A stretch of DNA of 61,606 bases, the filler included, from Nemertoderma westbladi (lineage: Eukaryota; Animalia; Xenacoelomorpha), in the NCBI GenBank assembly GCA_032718475.1. It is 3 parts of 3 records of this genome, joined end to end, with 100 filler letters (N's around TTAATTAATTAA, not from the genome) between each part and the next. Parts side by side here need not be neighbours in the genome. Positions count along the whole stretch, not along the records: positions 25,259 to 52,113 come from JAUCBJ010008574.1; positions 52,214 to 61,606 come from JAUCBJ010005904.1; 1 more part is not named here. One strand, given 5' to 3'. The notes under the pieces were generated by a model. It searched no databases, was not told the DNA's origin, and saw only the letters and a program-made list of their open reading frames with translations. A program made the position numbers and the translations under genes. How positions within the stretch are numbered: the first letter of the stretch is position 1; each line of letters starts with the position of its first letter. Shown here piece after piece: positions 49,741 through 61,606 of the stretch.

Positions 49741-49820
49741 AGATACACTGTTTTTATATGTCAACTTTGGAGGTTTATTAATACATTTATGAAATTTACA
49801 TGACTTTTATAGAGACCTAC

Positions 49821-50027
49821 CGTAGCAATCCTGTGGATTACATGGTTGCGATGTTCTTGCCCTCTCGCATTCTGAGTTATCGGTTGCTTCACCATGGAGG
49901 ATGCTGTAAGCCGTTCCTCCGCCACATGGAGCTGGAAACCCTAAGTCATCCACGCATGATGCCGATACCAAATCGGGTCGCCCGGTAAACTCGGGTACAT
50001 ATCTCTTTCCGACAATCTCGGTACAAA
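49821..50027 (-). CDS. Host gene exon 1 (of those found), TSP1-like Cys-rich domain (...SCVDDLGFPAPCGGGT...C...QPCNPQDCY)
   Basis: ttttatag acceptor and G|gtaggt donor, open, phase 1-1, compatible with exon 2. Confidence 0.72.
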
Positions 50028-50227
50028 CTATAAAATAAAGACATTTCTTTAGTAAATTTGAAAACAGAGACTTGTTCCTTGTTTATAGTCTATTATAATT
50101 AGATTTCAACTCATTTCATCCCATTTCAACTCATTTCATTCATTTCATCTAACTTCCGTATTCAATCAATGTTTTGTTTGTTTGATTGGATTTGAGTGGC
50201 TAAATATTTAAAGTTTAAATAATTGGC

Positions 50228-50410
50228 AAATATAACGTCTCTTGTTATCCCAAATGTAACGTCTCTTGTTATCCCAAATATAACGTCTCTTGTTATCCCA
50301 AATATAACGTATCTTGTTATCCCAAATATAACGTCTCTTGTTATCCCAAATATAACGTATCTTGTTATCCCAAATATAACGTATCTTGTTATCCCAAATA
50401 TAACGTCTCT
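50228..50410. repeat. 24-bp minisatellite (aaatataacgtctcttgttatccc), about 7.5 copies
   Basis: Direct tandem repeat. Confidence 0.95.
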
Positions 50411-50797
50411 TCCCTTTTGGAGTTGGGCTTCTATATCGTAGATATGTGGGTGGTTTGGGTCTACTGTATAATGCCCTTACTAGGTTTTGGTTGGTAATCA
50501 AAAATTATAATTTTTGAGTTATAATATATGTGAACGAATTGAAAATGAAATGTTGAGAACTCATTAACATTACTGCCATTACATGTCGCTACGTATTGTT
50601 AATTATTTACTGGTTTTCTTCAATTATGGCCTATATCCTTTGCAAAGTAAAGTTCAGGCAGAGTTGAAAGGCTAATGATTGTAACCAAAACAATAATCGA
50701 TTACAACAAATAGAAAACTACAAAATCCGTAGTATTGGTGCTTATACAAAGTTGGTTGTATATTAATCTGTCAAGAAGGTTATCAGGCCTATATGGT

Positions 50798-51823
50798 GGC
50801 CCTGAGCGGCCAGTTCTGTCAGTTTTGTAATCTTTTTTTTGTTTCCCCAAGTTTTGCAAACTCGTTCAAACGACTTTACAAAACTCGGCAAAACTGGAGT
50901 GGTTTCTATATCAACGGAAATCAAATCAAGTTTGTTGCCATAATTTCGCCAATCAGACTGAAGCTGCTGTCTATAACATAGTTGATAACATTTTTTATCG
51001 AATAGTTAAACAATACCTAGTTAATTAATATTAATGTGGGAACTTAAAAAAAAAATTCGACGTAGTACGCCATTGTTTTGAGTTGAACACTTGCATTTGC
51101 ATTTTATTGTCTCATTATAAGAAAAAACTTGAATGGGTGTTTGTTGTTATATAAACCACTCCAGCCAATTAGATTTGTTCCCCGAAGTATTGTAAAGTCA
51201 TTCGAATGAGTTTGCAAACCTCACCTTAGGGGATAGGGGCTAACACAGGCCCAGGGGGACACGGAATTGTAAGGGTAGGATAAACCGGCCAATGAGAGGG
51301 ACACAGATGGCATCACAGGGTTTGTGTATCGTTTGGTAGGCCACTCATGTAGTTAGGGCTGTAGTGTATAATGAATGTATTTTCCCTATATTTCCATATA
51401 CCCGTTTTCACGTGTTCACTAATTCAGTTGGCTATATTGTTAGTGTAGATGTCGCACAGATTTCACCGTCGTCCGTAGCATTATATTGGTTGTGCTGCAA
51501 TCTATCTATCTACCGGTATCTATCTAATCTAAGCTGTAATCTATCTACCGGTAAATATCAGAAGTTAATAACATAAAGCAATGACATTAAACTCTATTTA
51601 TTTAACCGGCCATCGGCCCTTCAGTATTTCCCATACATTCAGCAACGCGGCGACGCGTAGGAACTGCAACATCAATCAACCGATCGGCATCCCACGAGCC
51701 AACCAGTAACCCGTAACAACAAAAAACAAACTTTGTTTTTCTGAGTTTTGTAAAGTCGTTCGAACGAGTTTGTAAAAGTCTGGGTAACATAAAAAAGATT
51801 ACAAAACTGGCCCGCTCAGGGCC
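50798..51823. mobile_element. MITE with about 95-bp imperfect TIRs (GGCC ends, possibly PIF/Harbinger-type)
   Basis: ggccctgagcggccagtt...cgactttacaaaactc versus gagttttgtaaagtcg...aactggcccgctcagggcc. The TSD is unclear. Confidence 0.75.
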
Positions 51824-52113
51824 TCTTTAGTAGTAGGTTATTATAGAACCATAATTATATAGCTGAAACATTCTAAGTTGTAAAAATTCTGAAAATGATC
51901 ATACACTGCGGAGTACATTCATTGTTTTTGGTTAATTTAAGATAAATAATTTAAAGTAGAGAACATGCAATCCCGAAAAAGAAACTGAGAATCGAACTCC
52001 ATTTTATGAATGGTACAGTTCGCTTGTGTCGTTAACCTGTAATCAGTCTGTACACAATACTGTACAGTATTGCACAGTTGTACTGCACACCGCGGACCGG
52101 TGCAGTACAGTTC

Positions 52114-52213
52114 NNNNNNNNNNNNNNNNNNNNNNNNNNNNNNNNNNNNNNNNNNNNTTAATTAATTAANNNNNNNNNNNNNNNNNNNNNNNNNNNNNNN
52201 NNNNNNNNNNNNN
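52114..52213. other. Artificial assembly spacer (N...TTAATTAATTAA...N)
   Basis: Same layout as 25159-25258. Confidence 0.95.
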
Positions 52214-52310
52214 CTGACCCATTAAGTAAAGTAAGACTTATAAAGATAACATATACTATAAATGATCGCAGTGTATTAAGCGTGGACCAAATACTAGTGT
52301 TGCGACAATA

Positions 52311-53708
52311 ATGGTCACTAACGGTACTATTCAGACTGATCCGGACCATCCCGAAAACTATAACAAAAAACCGCACGGATGTGTACCAACAGTTGATTGC
52401 AAAGTGGCAAACGTACAAGCTAAGCGACATGTGTTTGAAATCACAACAGAAGTTAGAAACAGCCGGAAGCGTCCAATAGAAGCGTTCGATAGAGCCCTGC
52501 AATCTGTCGATATTAAGTACCAGGAGTATGGAGGACAGGTAGCTGTCGAAATTAAGGGGAAACTATTTGCTGGGTACGGCTTCGACTCAAAACGCCGGTC
52601 ATTAAGCAGAAACCGACACCGTGAGATTCCTAAAGATGTCACTATTTATAAGATACCAGATCAGTTAAAGGTGGCCAAGCCCAGTTCTGATCGGTTCCTC
52701 TTAATCAATGAAATTATTGAGGGAGAAGAAATACTTCTCTATTCAGCAGACGATGATCTACGCTTGTTAAATAATTGCGAAGTTGTCATCTGTGATGGGA
52801 ACTTTAAGTTTACGCCTCCCGAATTTCACAACCCGGGTGAAATGTATACAGTGCATGGTGTGGTGGATGGAGAGCCCCATGTTTTAGGATACGCTCTGAT
52901 GAAGGGACAATCGGAAGGAAGCTACATCAGGATGTTTACTGCTTTAAGAGATAACATTTATCATCTTTGCGGTAAAGGTGGCAGAATTAATACAGCTAAG
53001 TGGCTTTTCGATTTCGAACTTGCAGCAATGAATGCTTGCAATATAGTTTTCCCAATGGTGACCGTGTTAGGTTGCGCTTTTCATTTCGCTAAGGCCATAA
53101 ACGAGAAGCGAGACAGCCTTGGCCTTAAAGGTGTTTGTGTTGAAGATACAGCAGAGGGTAAAACTGTAAAGTATTGGTTCAAAGAGATTCGTTCTTTACC
53201 ATTCCTTCCTGATGGGTATCGCTATCAGGTTGCCTATACTCTGATCAATGAACAGCTACCAAACCTGTCCGCTTTAACAGCCAATAAAGTTTTCCAATTT
53301 CGACAATATTGTATTGGATTTTGGCTTCGGCAGGATGTATTCATCAGATGGGGACAGTTCGGAAATACCGGCCCTAGGACCAGCAACTATGCTGAAGGTT
53401 TCCACAATGGGCTTCATTCCCGGCTCACCAGCCTCCATCCGTGCCTTGGAGAGATCCTGGAATTTTTCCAGTTAAATCAACATACTTCCCAGCAGCACAT
53501 GAAGGCCTTGCTAGAACCGAATACTATTGCTGTTCCCAAACCAAAGTCTCCACATATCCAGATACGGGACCAATGCTTGGTTGAGGAGATGGGGCGATTC
53601 GCAAACTACATGGCTGCATGGCCTAATAACATTTATTATAATGACTGTAAGATGTACATGCGTTGTTTGATGGTCATTGGACTGGTACCCCAGGCTTTTG
53701 AGGAGTAA
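52311..53708 (+). CDS. Mutator-like (MULE) DDE transposase, apparently intact core
   Basis: ICDGNFKFTP, MYTVHG, GYALM, LFDFELAAMNA, VLGCAFHFAKA (CxxH) and RTSNYAEGFHN. Confidence 0.92.
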   Translation: MVTNGTIQTDPDHPENYNKKPHGCVPTVDCKVANVQAKRHVFEITTEVRNSRKRPIEAFDRALQSVDIKYQEYGGQVAVEIKGKLFAGYGFDSKRRSLSRNRHREIPKDVTIYKIPDQLKVAKPSSDRFLLINEIIEGEEILLYSADDDLRLLNNCEVVICDGNFKFTPPEFHNPGEMYTVHGVVDGEPHVLGYALMKGQSEGSYIRMFTALRDNIYHLCGKGGRINTAKWLFDFELAAMNACNIVFPMVTVLGCAFHFAKAINEKRDSLGLKGVCVEDTAEGKTVKYWFKEIRSLPFLPDGYRYQVAYTLINEQLPNLSALTANKVFQFRQYCIGFWLRQDVFIRWGQFGNTGPRTSNYAEGFHNGLHSRLTSLHPCLGEILEFFQLNQHTSQQHMKALLEPNTIAVPKPKSPHIQIRDQCLVEEMGRFANYMAAWPNNIYYNDCKMYMRCLMVIGLVPQAFEE

Positions 53709-53869
53709 TGCCCAATGGTCAGCTAGTCAAGATAACTCTTACTTTATAGGCCTATATTGCCCATTGCTATTGAGATATTATACACAATTCGTTAGCCATA
53801 TCAATTATCAGGTTTCCAATTTCTCAGGTTCAACAATTTAGTATCAAAATTCAAAAGTATCTAAAAAAG

Positions 53870-54024
53870 GATAAGCGCCATATTGTCGAAAGGGGTGCGC
53901 CATATTGTCGAAAACAAATTCGACATTTTGACATGGCCAAAAACTTTTTCGACAATTTGACTCTACTTTTCGACAATTTGTCCCTTTCGACATTTTGGCT
54001 CTTTCGACATTTTGACCATAAGCC
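53870..54024 (+). repeat. Probable right terminal region of the MULE element, with ttcgaca repeats
   Basis: Repeated ttcgacattttg/ttcgacaatttg units ending in gaccataagcc. Confidence 0.55.
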
Positions 54025-54729
54025 CATAAATAACATACCCCCCCCCCCTCCCCCTTCACAATCTCCATTATTGGTTCCTTAAGTTTTTTTTCGTTATTTA
54101 AATGGAAGAAGATTAACTTATTTGGGATTTTATATGACTACCGACTTGTTCTAGTGGTAACAAATAACCACTATAAAGTGTTGAAGGTGGGCTGAAAACT
54201 ATGTCCAATTAGGAAGAGGACAAATAGCGGAAAATATTTGCGGTTTGCCTTGCCCTATTCCTAATTTAACCACTAGTCCTGATGTTGGGAAACAAAATGT
54301 TACTTTAACACATCATTAGTAATTACTGGAAGTTAGTTAGATAATGTTACTCATTAATTAATGGACATGATCTTGAGCGGATGTCGTTAGTACATCCAAG
54401 TATTATCCTTTATTTCAATTCATTATAATGGTGCCCTTAGACGGCACGGTAGCAGCATAAATAATTAATTTAAAAGAACAATTGAAGCTTGACGCGGCTT
54501 CCGCACCCCAGTTTAGTAGTAGTGTTTGTATGGAGGTCATTGTATGGAGGTCATGAATATAATGTTAGAGCTGGAATAATGTTGGGCGTATAATAACAAA
54601 TATATAGTCAGTCAGACCAAGTACAAATATAATGCTGGGCCATCTGCCGTGCAGTGCGCCCTAAGACAGGTAGTGGTATCCTGATAACAGGACCAGCTAA
54701 CTACTGCCGTCCTGTCTACTCGGTAGATT

Positions 54730-55013
54730 TTATCCCGAGTCTGTACGTGTCTGTGACTCATTGTGAGTCATCCCTACAGTACCGCAGTCACTGTGTATCT
54801 GCTGATATGGGGCGAGCAATTTATCAAGCAAATCGGGCAAAATCGAGCAAAATCGGGCAGCAAAAACTCCCACTATCTCCAGTGGAAGGTCATTGGTGGC
54901 GCGCAAATCCGCGGTTGGGTGAGGGGTAAGGTCACCCATCCGCTGGAAAACGTCCTGGTTTAGCACAGTTGCTGCGGCGCCGCTATCCGTGAGGACATTG
55001 CGTATGATTCCAC
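54730..55013 (-). pseudogene. Gypsy-type aspartic protease remnant, 3' part (continues at 61484-61606)
   Basis: NVLTDSGAAATVLN...LRATNDLPLEIVG. Reads in frame with LPHIEVEV...DDICGI once the 55014-61483 insertion is removed. Confidence 0.75.
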
Positions 55014-58000
55014 CATGACCTACTATAGATACGACCCGCCAAGCTGCTGCAAAGGCCCTAAATTTAGTGGGCCAGTTATTTCTCTTATATAGAACCCCTG
55101 AAACAATAGGTCTAGCGCGTCGAAAGTACTTGTCCTTAACTAAAATTTTGTCCTCTTTCAGATGAGACAAATAAAAATGTAATAGATCCAGTAGTTTTCG
55201 AGATATCAGGAGTTCCTGACACCCATGCCATATCAACACCTTTTGGAATTGATAAAATTACACAAAATAGATCACCCTTCAAAGACTTTGGTATAACCAT
55301 GAAACCATACTATGCTTTTTTGGTTAGTCGAATTCATTATTAGTAATCGAAAGCGAGATTAGAAGCAAAATTGTAATTTTTTTTATCAATAGATACTAAG
55401 AGAGCACCAAAAGTGCAAGTATCACTTTTTTCAAAAGTGGTAAATTGGCCATACAGTTTGGCTACTGAGGTTTTAGAATTGTGCTGATTTCATTGGGAAG
55501 GTTTATTCCTCTCCTCTACCTTCATCAAACATATCGAAGAGTTGTGTAATATAACAACATAGGCATGTTGTTATATTAGTTATTAGTCAGTTATTTGTGC
55601 CCCTGGAGCACGAAAAAAACAAGTAGTGGAAATATGATAATGAAAATTCACCACGAAATAAAATTGATTTTATGAACATATGGTTTTTATGGGATGCTGA
55701 TCACGAATACGACACAGAAAAATATCCTGCATTGTTGATTCAGGCTTTTTTGGATACGTGTCAATGTCAATGTGCGGCACGAAAAATACCACTATATAGC
55801 ACAAATTTGATAATCAAAAATCATTACCAAATCAACATGATTTTTTGACATTATGGGATTTCTGGGACGCTGATCACGAGTAAATCATACTCACTCATAA
55901 GTTTTATCCAACCACATTTGATTTTTGCCGTATGGAATTTTATGCTACTTGTATTTTTCGTCCCACCAGACAAACACCAAAAACAATAGTTGCGTTACCA
56001 CGAATTATTTTTAACGAGTTGTATCGTTACCAGCGGCTTTGAAAACCAGTATAGCTTCAGAATTACAAAACCAAAGGCATAATTTAACAGTTTGAAATTT
56101 TTGCTACTTGTACTTTTCGTTCTGGGACACCAGAATAGCACCAAAATTGGGTGTGCACATACCAGAAATACTACTTTCACTGATACAAATACTACTGCAC
56201 TACTTTCATCGTGATCAGCGACCACGAAAACCCATATAAGTTTAAAATTATCAAACCAAACACAAAATGTTTAGTTTGACAATTTTTTGCTTGTACTTTT
56301 CGTCCTGGCCCCTGGGGGGCCAAAATCAGAAAATAGCACCAAAAATGATTGATGCATTGCCAGATTTAAATTTGCCAGAAAGTTTTTACATGTTTTATCT
56401 TGATCAGCGTCCTCGATATCCCTTATACCATCAAAATTGTAATTTTCGAGCCAAATCTAAAAAATTTCTAAAGTAACCCCCCCCCCTACTACTACTAGGA
56501 TCGGCATGCTGCATTGCAGCTGTATTTTTAAGAATGCTGTGCCGGCTTTTCGACAAAATTGCACCGCCACAACTCACTATCACCCATGACATTTGCTAGA
56601 TCATCCGCATCTTCAAGGCCAGTGTCCTTTAAGATGCGTCTCAAGAAAGTCATGGGCTGTCCACCATGCTTATTCACTCCATGAGGCTGCCAAAGTAAAA
56701 GATTATGCACTGGCTGGTCCTCACGGCGAAAGCAATGTCCTGCAAAGCGGAGGGGATTTTGTTCTAGTGTCAAGCTTGGGGGAACCAATGAGACACCTCC
56801 AATGTTATATAGTGTCTGGTTGGAGATGTGTGCATTGTACTTGACACAATGAACCCGGCGTAGCATTCTTGTGAATGTGCCATCCAGAGATTTGGTGTCC
56901 TCAGCAGTTAGAGCCCAGCATGGACTCACATAGAGGAGTACTGGAACTACTGCTGCTCTAAATATTCGGACCTTAAGAGTCTGATTAATTCTCGGTGACT
57001 TCCAAATCCTGGAAAGCCTATTCAAGGCTGACCATGCCTTTCCCTTATGTATTCGAAGGTCCTCACCTGACTTCCGGATCCATGATCCCAGGTAACAGAA
57101 GTCATCCACATGCTCAAGCATACCATCTTTTGAGCTTATGCTCATCCGATCAGAGACTTGCTGAGGACTTTCAAAGTTAACTGTCAAAATTTTGGTCTTT
57201 CTGGAGTTAATAAAAAGACCAACACTAGAAGCAGCATGTTCTAATGAGCTGAGGAGCCGTTGGGCTCCCTCTAGTGATTCTGAGAGTACTCCTAAGTCAT
57301 CAGCAAAGTCTAGATCAGTTAGCTACTTGGTAGGATTTCATCGACTTCTGGAGCCAGTAGGTGGATTTATCATCACCCCATCATCATTATGATGATCTAA
57401 GGACATGCGTAGAACATAGTCAACAACAATTATGAACAAGAATGGTGCAAGTGTGTCTCCCTGGAGGACGCCCCATAACACTTCAAATGGTTCTGTGTCA
57501 CCGTCAACAGTAGACACAAATGTTGTTGAACCATCGTATACTAATCTGATTGCTGCAATAATTTCATCAGGAATCCCATACAATGAAAGTATGCTGAACA
57601 TACGTGAGCGAGAGACTGAATCAAAGGCCTTGAAGAAGTCAACAAAGATAACAGCCAGATGCCTGTCTTTCTTTTTTGATAACTCTTCAATTATCCTTCT
57701 AAGTGCCAAAATGGGCTCCATGGTCCCACAACCTTTACGGAACCCATTCTGATTTCCACGGAGCAGTCTCTCAATGGGATCCCTGATGCGATTTAATAGA
57801 ATTCTATTGTATAGCTTTGCAGCAATCGAGATCAATGAGATTCCCCGAAAAGAACCATAGAGTGTTAGGTTGCCCTTCTTGGGAACTGGCACCAACTTAT
57901 TTGTTTTCATTTCTTGTGGGACTCTTGTTGTTCGGTACATGTCTACTATGATGGGATAGATGAGCTTTAAACACTCAGGTATTTTAAAGACCTCAGGGGG

Positions 58001-61000
58001 AACACCATCTACTCCACTGGCACGATTGGTCTTAATGCTCTTTGCAGCAGCCTTCACTTCTGCAAAGGAGATATCACCAATGGGAATATCTGGGAGTACA
58101 GACTCAGACACTTTTACTTCTATAAAGTTATCAGGCAATACCCTGTCATTATTGAGGAGCTTTTCAAAGTGGGCCTTCCAACCATTGAGGCGATCGGCTG
58201 GTGATTCGGCCTTAACCTTGGTGGTTGGTTGGCTTTTTCGACCAGCAAGCAAGTTGATCGATCTCCATGCCTGGGATGATTGCCTGCTGTCGTCAGCATC
58301 ATTGATGGCATCAACCTGTTGGTTTATTAGCTCCTGTAAATTAACAGAGTACTGCCTGTTCAGGGACCTAGATGCAGCCTTAACTGCATTCTTGGCCGCT
58401 GTAGTCTGTTTGAGTCGGGACTCTTTCTGCGCCTTGTAGAGGTCATTTCGGCACTTCTGAATTTTGTTGTCAGTCCAGGGGGCCCGTTTCCTGTTTCGAG
58501 GGTATACAGGAACTGTTTCTGCAGCTGCTAACTTAACTGCCTCTGTGAAGGCAGTATAGCCCTCACAGTGATCTGCTGCCTCAGAGGCAAGAACCTCATA
58601 CCTGTTGCTCAGCTGTAGTGTGAAGCTGGATCTCACACTTGGCTGTTGCAACAGAGAGGACCAGTCATGCCGCGGCAAGGCAGATTTCGTTGTTCTGCTA
58701 GCACGCAGACTAAGTCTTACCTTGGCCACAATAAGGCGGTGATCACTGGAGAAGGGTCGTAGTGTAAATGCATTACAGTCTTGTATAGAGCTCCTGTATT
58801 TCCTACGAAACAGGATATGGTCTATCTGGGACTTGTGACCACTGGGTCCACTATGAGTCCATAGCTTTCCAGTTCACTTCTTGAACTGGGTTCCAGCCGA
58901 AAACAATCCATTTCCAGAGATAAAATCCTGAAGATGGACGTAATTTCGGTTAACACTATTGCTATAGACCCAGGGCGATGTGGGTGATTGATGCAGACTT
59001 TCATTAAAGTCTCCCAGGAATGTTAAGAATGCATGCTGATCCACTCCATCAGTAGCTGCTTGTAGATTCTGGTAGAAATTTTCCACCTCCTCTACAGGGG
59101 CAACACTAGTTGGAGAGTAGCACACAATCAGAACCACCTGAGGAAACTTCTTAGCCAGTCTTCCAGAACATGAGAAGTGGCAACGGATGATGCGGTTTGA
59201 GATTTGGTCTATTTTGTCCAATGCTGCATGTGCAGTTGGATTCATCAATAGACCAATTCCACCATTGCCACTATAATCTGCTGAAGCGAGGGCGAGTCGC
59301 CAACCGCCCCCCATGTCCTTAATCAGAACCTCATCAGTCTGTCCAGTCTGCATTCGGTGCTCTTGAACACCCACTGCACTAAGAGAAAGCTTATCTGCCA
59401 AGGCAGTCAGCTCACCTTGTCGCATTGGGGACCCGAGTGTAGGGTGTTTACTGAGGAAAGTCTAGTGACTTGCCTCAGATTCACCAATGGCTTTGTTGGT
59501 CGGGGTGGAACATGAGAGTAGCCTCCAACTCCAGAATCCCTCTCCCCCTCACAATATGACCTCCCTGGTTACCCAGGGTTTGGGCCAGAAAGGTCATCAG
59601 GAAAGGGACTCAAAGAATCGTTTGCCGCTCTCTCTCCAGTAGGGGGTGAGACAGGCAGCCGGTCAGGAGATAACTTACGCCTGTGAGGCCGATTATGTCC
59701 AGTCATTCCACTGGCCTCTAGTGGCTGGACCTCCGCATTACTAATGTAATCCATAGTGGGGGTTGGGGGGTGCTTTTTTGCCCCCACGGGCCAATTAATT
59801 ACTGTAGTAATATAGCCCGTATAGCCCGGGCCAGATAGCAGATAGTGTTAAACGTACCGGTAACTCAGGATACATATCCCCGACTGAATATGAATCTCTT
59901 AATTCCGCATCAAACACATAACACATAGTAGAGTAGAGTAAAATAAAGTATCAGTTCCTCAAATCTTTAAACGACATTATATTCTGATATTCCAGGATAG
60001 TTAATAATAATTCCCCTTAATATTAATATCAGTTCCTCATTATATTGAAGTCGTAATATTAATTTATCTCAGCATATTCTATTATGTATCAATAACCTTT
60101 GCTCTATTAAATCCAAGACAGTAAGAAGCGAATACTGTTAAGGTGGCCACGCATATTTGTCTTACTTGAGATCCTCCGAAAGGGCCGATATGTCTTCGGG
60201 GGATTCAGATAGGAGTCCCGCTGGTTTAGGCAGGAGAATAAACCTAGCATGATGGTTCTTAAAGAATAAGCGGCCGCCCCAACTCCAGCAGTAGCTTCAT
60301 CTCTACATCAGATAAAGAACTAATTTTACTCTCCTTCATGAATTTCGATGGACGACGGACGGTATATTCTTTTTACTAGCGGTCTCCGAGGAATTTGAGG
60401 TATTTAGCACACTGAAGTCGGAACAGATTCCGGGGGTACTGAATATATCGCCCGTCGAAATGTACACATGTTAGTGGAAGCGGAAGGCCCTGGTGTCATC
60501 TGTTCTAGAAGACCCCTGACGAGTCGAACTAAGTAAGTGCCACTGTAGACCGAGAGCGCGAGCGGTATCTATACACACAGCACTTTCCAACTATAACTGT
60601 TACGGCCTGCCCTGCATACAGATTCAGATACTATGTCCAGACCAAGATTAGGCCCCCGAGGCCGAGGCGCCGTGGCTACCAGCCCGTGTAGAGGTGATTA
60701 TAAATAGTCAAATAAAAACAGGTACGGGCGTAATTAGGTAATATAATAATGATAAGGCATTAGTAACGCAGTAACAGCATAATGCAGTCAGCACTCAGCA
60801 GTAATGTAATGCCTAACGCAGTAGTCAGGTAGTGCAGTGCAATGCACATACTGAATAATTCATTACATTACTGGATCAGTACCAGAGTACTGCAGTACTG
60901 AAATATAAGTGCACTGGCTGGCACTTAGAATTTTCGACTGACAAATTGGCCATTTTTGTAAATACCACAATTTTATAAACCTTGCCAATGAAATCAGCAC

Positions 61001-61483
61001 ATTCTAAAACCTCAGTAGCCAAACTATAAGACCAAATTTACCACTTTTGGCTATTTTAAAATTCCCAGCTACTTGTAATTTTGGTGCTCTTTTAGTGTCT
61101 ATTATAAAATAAACAATGAAAATTTTGCTTCTAATCTTGCTTTCGATTACTAATAATTAATTCAACAAAACAAAAAAGCATAATATGGTTTAATGGTTAT
61201 ACCAAAGTCTTGAAGGGTGATGTACAGTATTTTGAGTAATTTTATCAATTCCGAAAAGTGCTGATATGGTATGGGTGCCAGGAACTCCTCATATCTCGAA
61301 AACTACTGGAGCTATTAAATTTTTATTTGTCTGATCTGAAAGAGGACATAATTTTAGTTAGGGACAAGTACTTTCGACGCGCCTGACATATTGTTTCAGG
61401 GGTTCTATCTAAGAGAAATAACTGGCCCACTAAATTTAGGGGCTTTGCAGCAGCTTGGCGGGTCGTATCTATAGTAGGTCATG
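55014..61483. mobile_element. Non-autonomous P-element-like transposon with about 490-bp TIRs and a 7-bp TSD
   Basis: catgacctactatagatacgacc... / ...ggtcgtatctatagtaggtcatg. TSD attccac at 55007-55013 and 61484-61490. Confidence 0.88.
56486..59790 (-). mobile_element. Near full-length RTE-clade LINE (APE + RT), disrupted
   Basis: ORFs 58874-59425 (GVQEHR, CYSPT, GDFN), 57338-58729 (VPVPKKG, QNGFRKG, FVDFFKAFDSV, GVLQGDTLAPFLF), a broken FADD segment, and 56528-57187 (VDDFCYLGS). (TAG)n tail at 56486-56497. Confidence 0.93.
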
Positions 61484-61606
61484 ATTCCACATATGTCATC
61501 ATCCATGCTGCACACCTCTACCTCTATGTGGGGGAGGTGGCAGGTGAACGTTATGGAGTTTATTGATCCACCCCCTGTGAATGTGTTCACCCTTGTGGCG
61601 GGTTTA
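61484..61606 (-). pseudogene. 5' part of the interrupted Gypsy-type protease region
   Basis: ...INSITFTCHLPHIEVEVCSMDDDICGI joins IRNVLTDSG across the TSD. Confidence 0.65.

Noticed and set aside
49123-49764. Cys-rich metallothionein/keratin-like ORF (CPSSCPSG)n and sister frames
   Set aside because: Product of the 24-bp minisatellite, open in every frame.
50208-50501. ORFs with RYIWDNK / NITSLVIP repeats
   Set aside because: Translations of the 24-bp minisatellite.
2798-56486. Numerous poly-G/poly-C tracts as a possible G-quadruplex system
   Set aside because: Most lie within MITE arms or at element junctions, and homopolymer lengths are unreliable. No independent pattern.

Overview
AT-rich eukaryotic (probably invertebrate animal) genomic DNA, made up mostly of nested transposable elements. 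Two artificial N-TTAATTAATTAA-N contig spacers (25159-25258, 52114-52213) split it into three pieces that may not be contiguous. One host gene can be reconstructed on the minus strand from six phase-compatible exons (30625-50027): a TSP1-like domain followed by a VMO1/VOMI beta-prism domain. One 13.4-kb intron holds a very young BEL/Pao LTR element (1233-bp LTRs, ACGGG TSD) that keeps Gag and protease but lacks RT and integrase. Other elements: two Penelope-like retroelements, two RTE LINEs plus a fragment, MULE, pogo-type and Academ-like transposase remnants, Gypsy remnants, several TIR/MITE elements, minisatellites, and a canonical minimal hammerhead ribozyme. The two strongest novelty candidates are (1) a Penelope-like ORF with an intact Ulp1/SENP-type SUMO protease and a tandem array of SIM-like motifs inserted ahead of its RT, and (2) a decayed gene with Rep_trans-like (non-HUH rolling-circle initiator) motifs, followed by iteron-like repeats and a hairpin satellite. 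All family calls come from motif recognition by eye, not from database searches.
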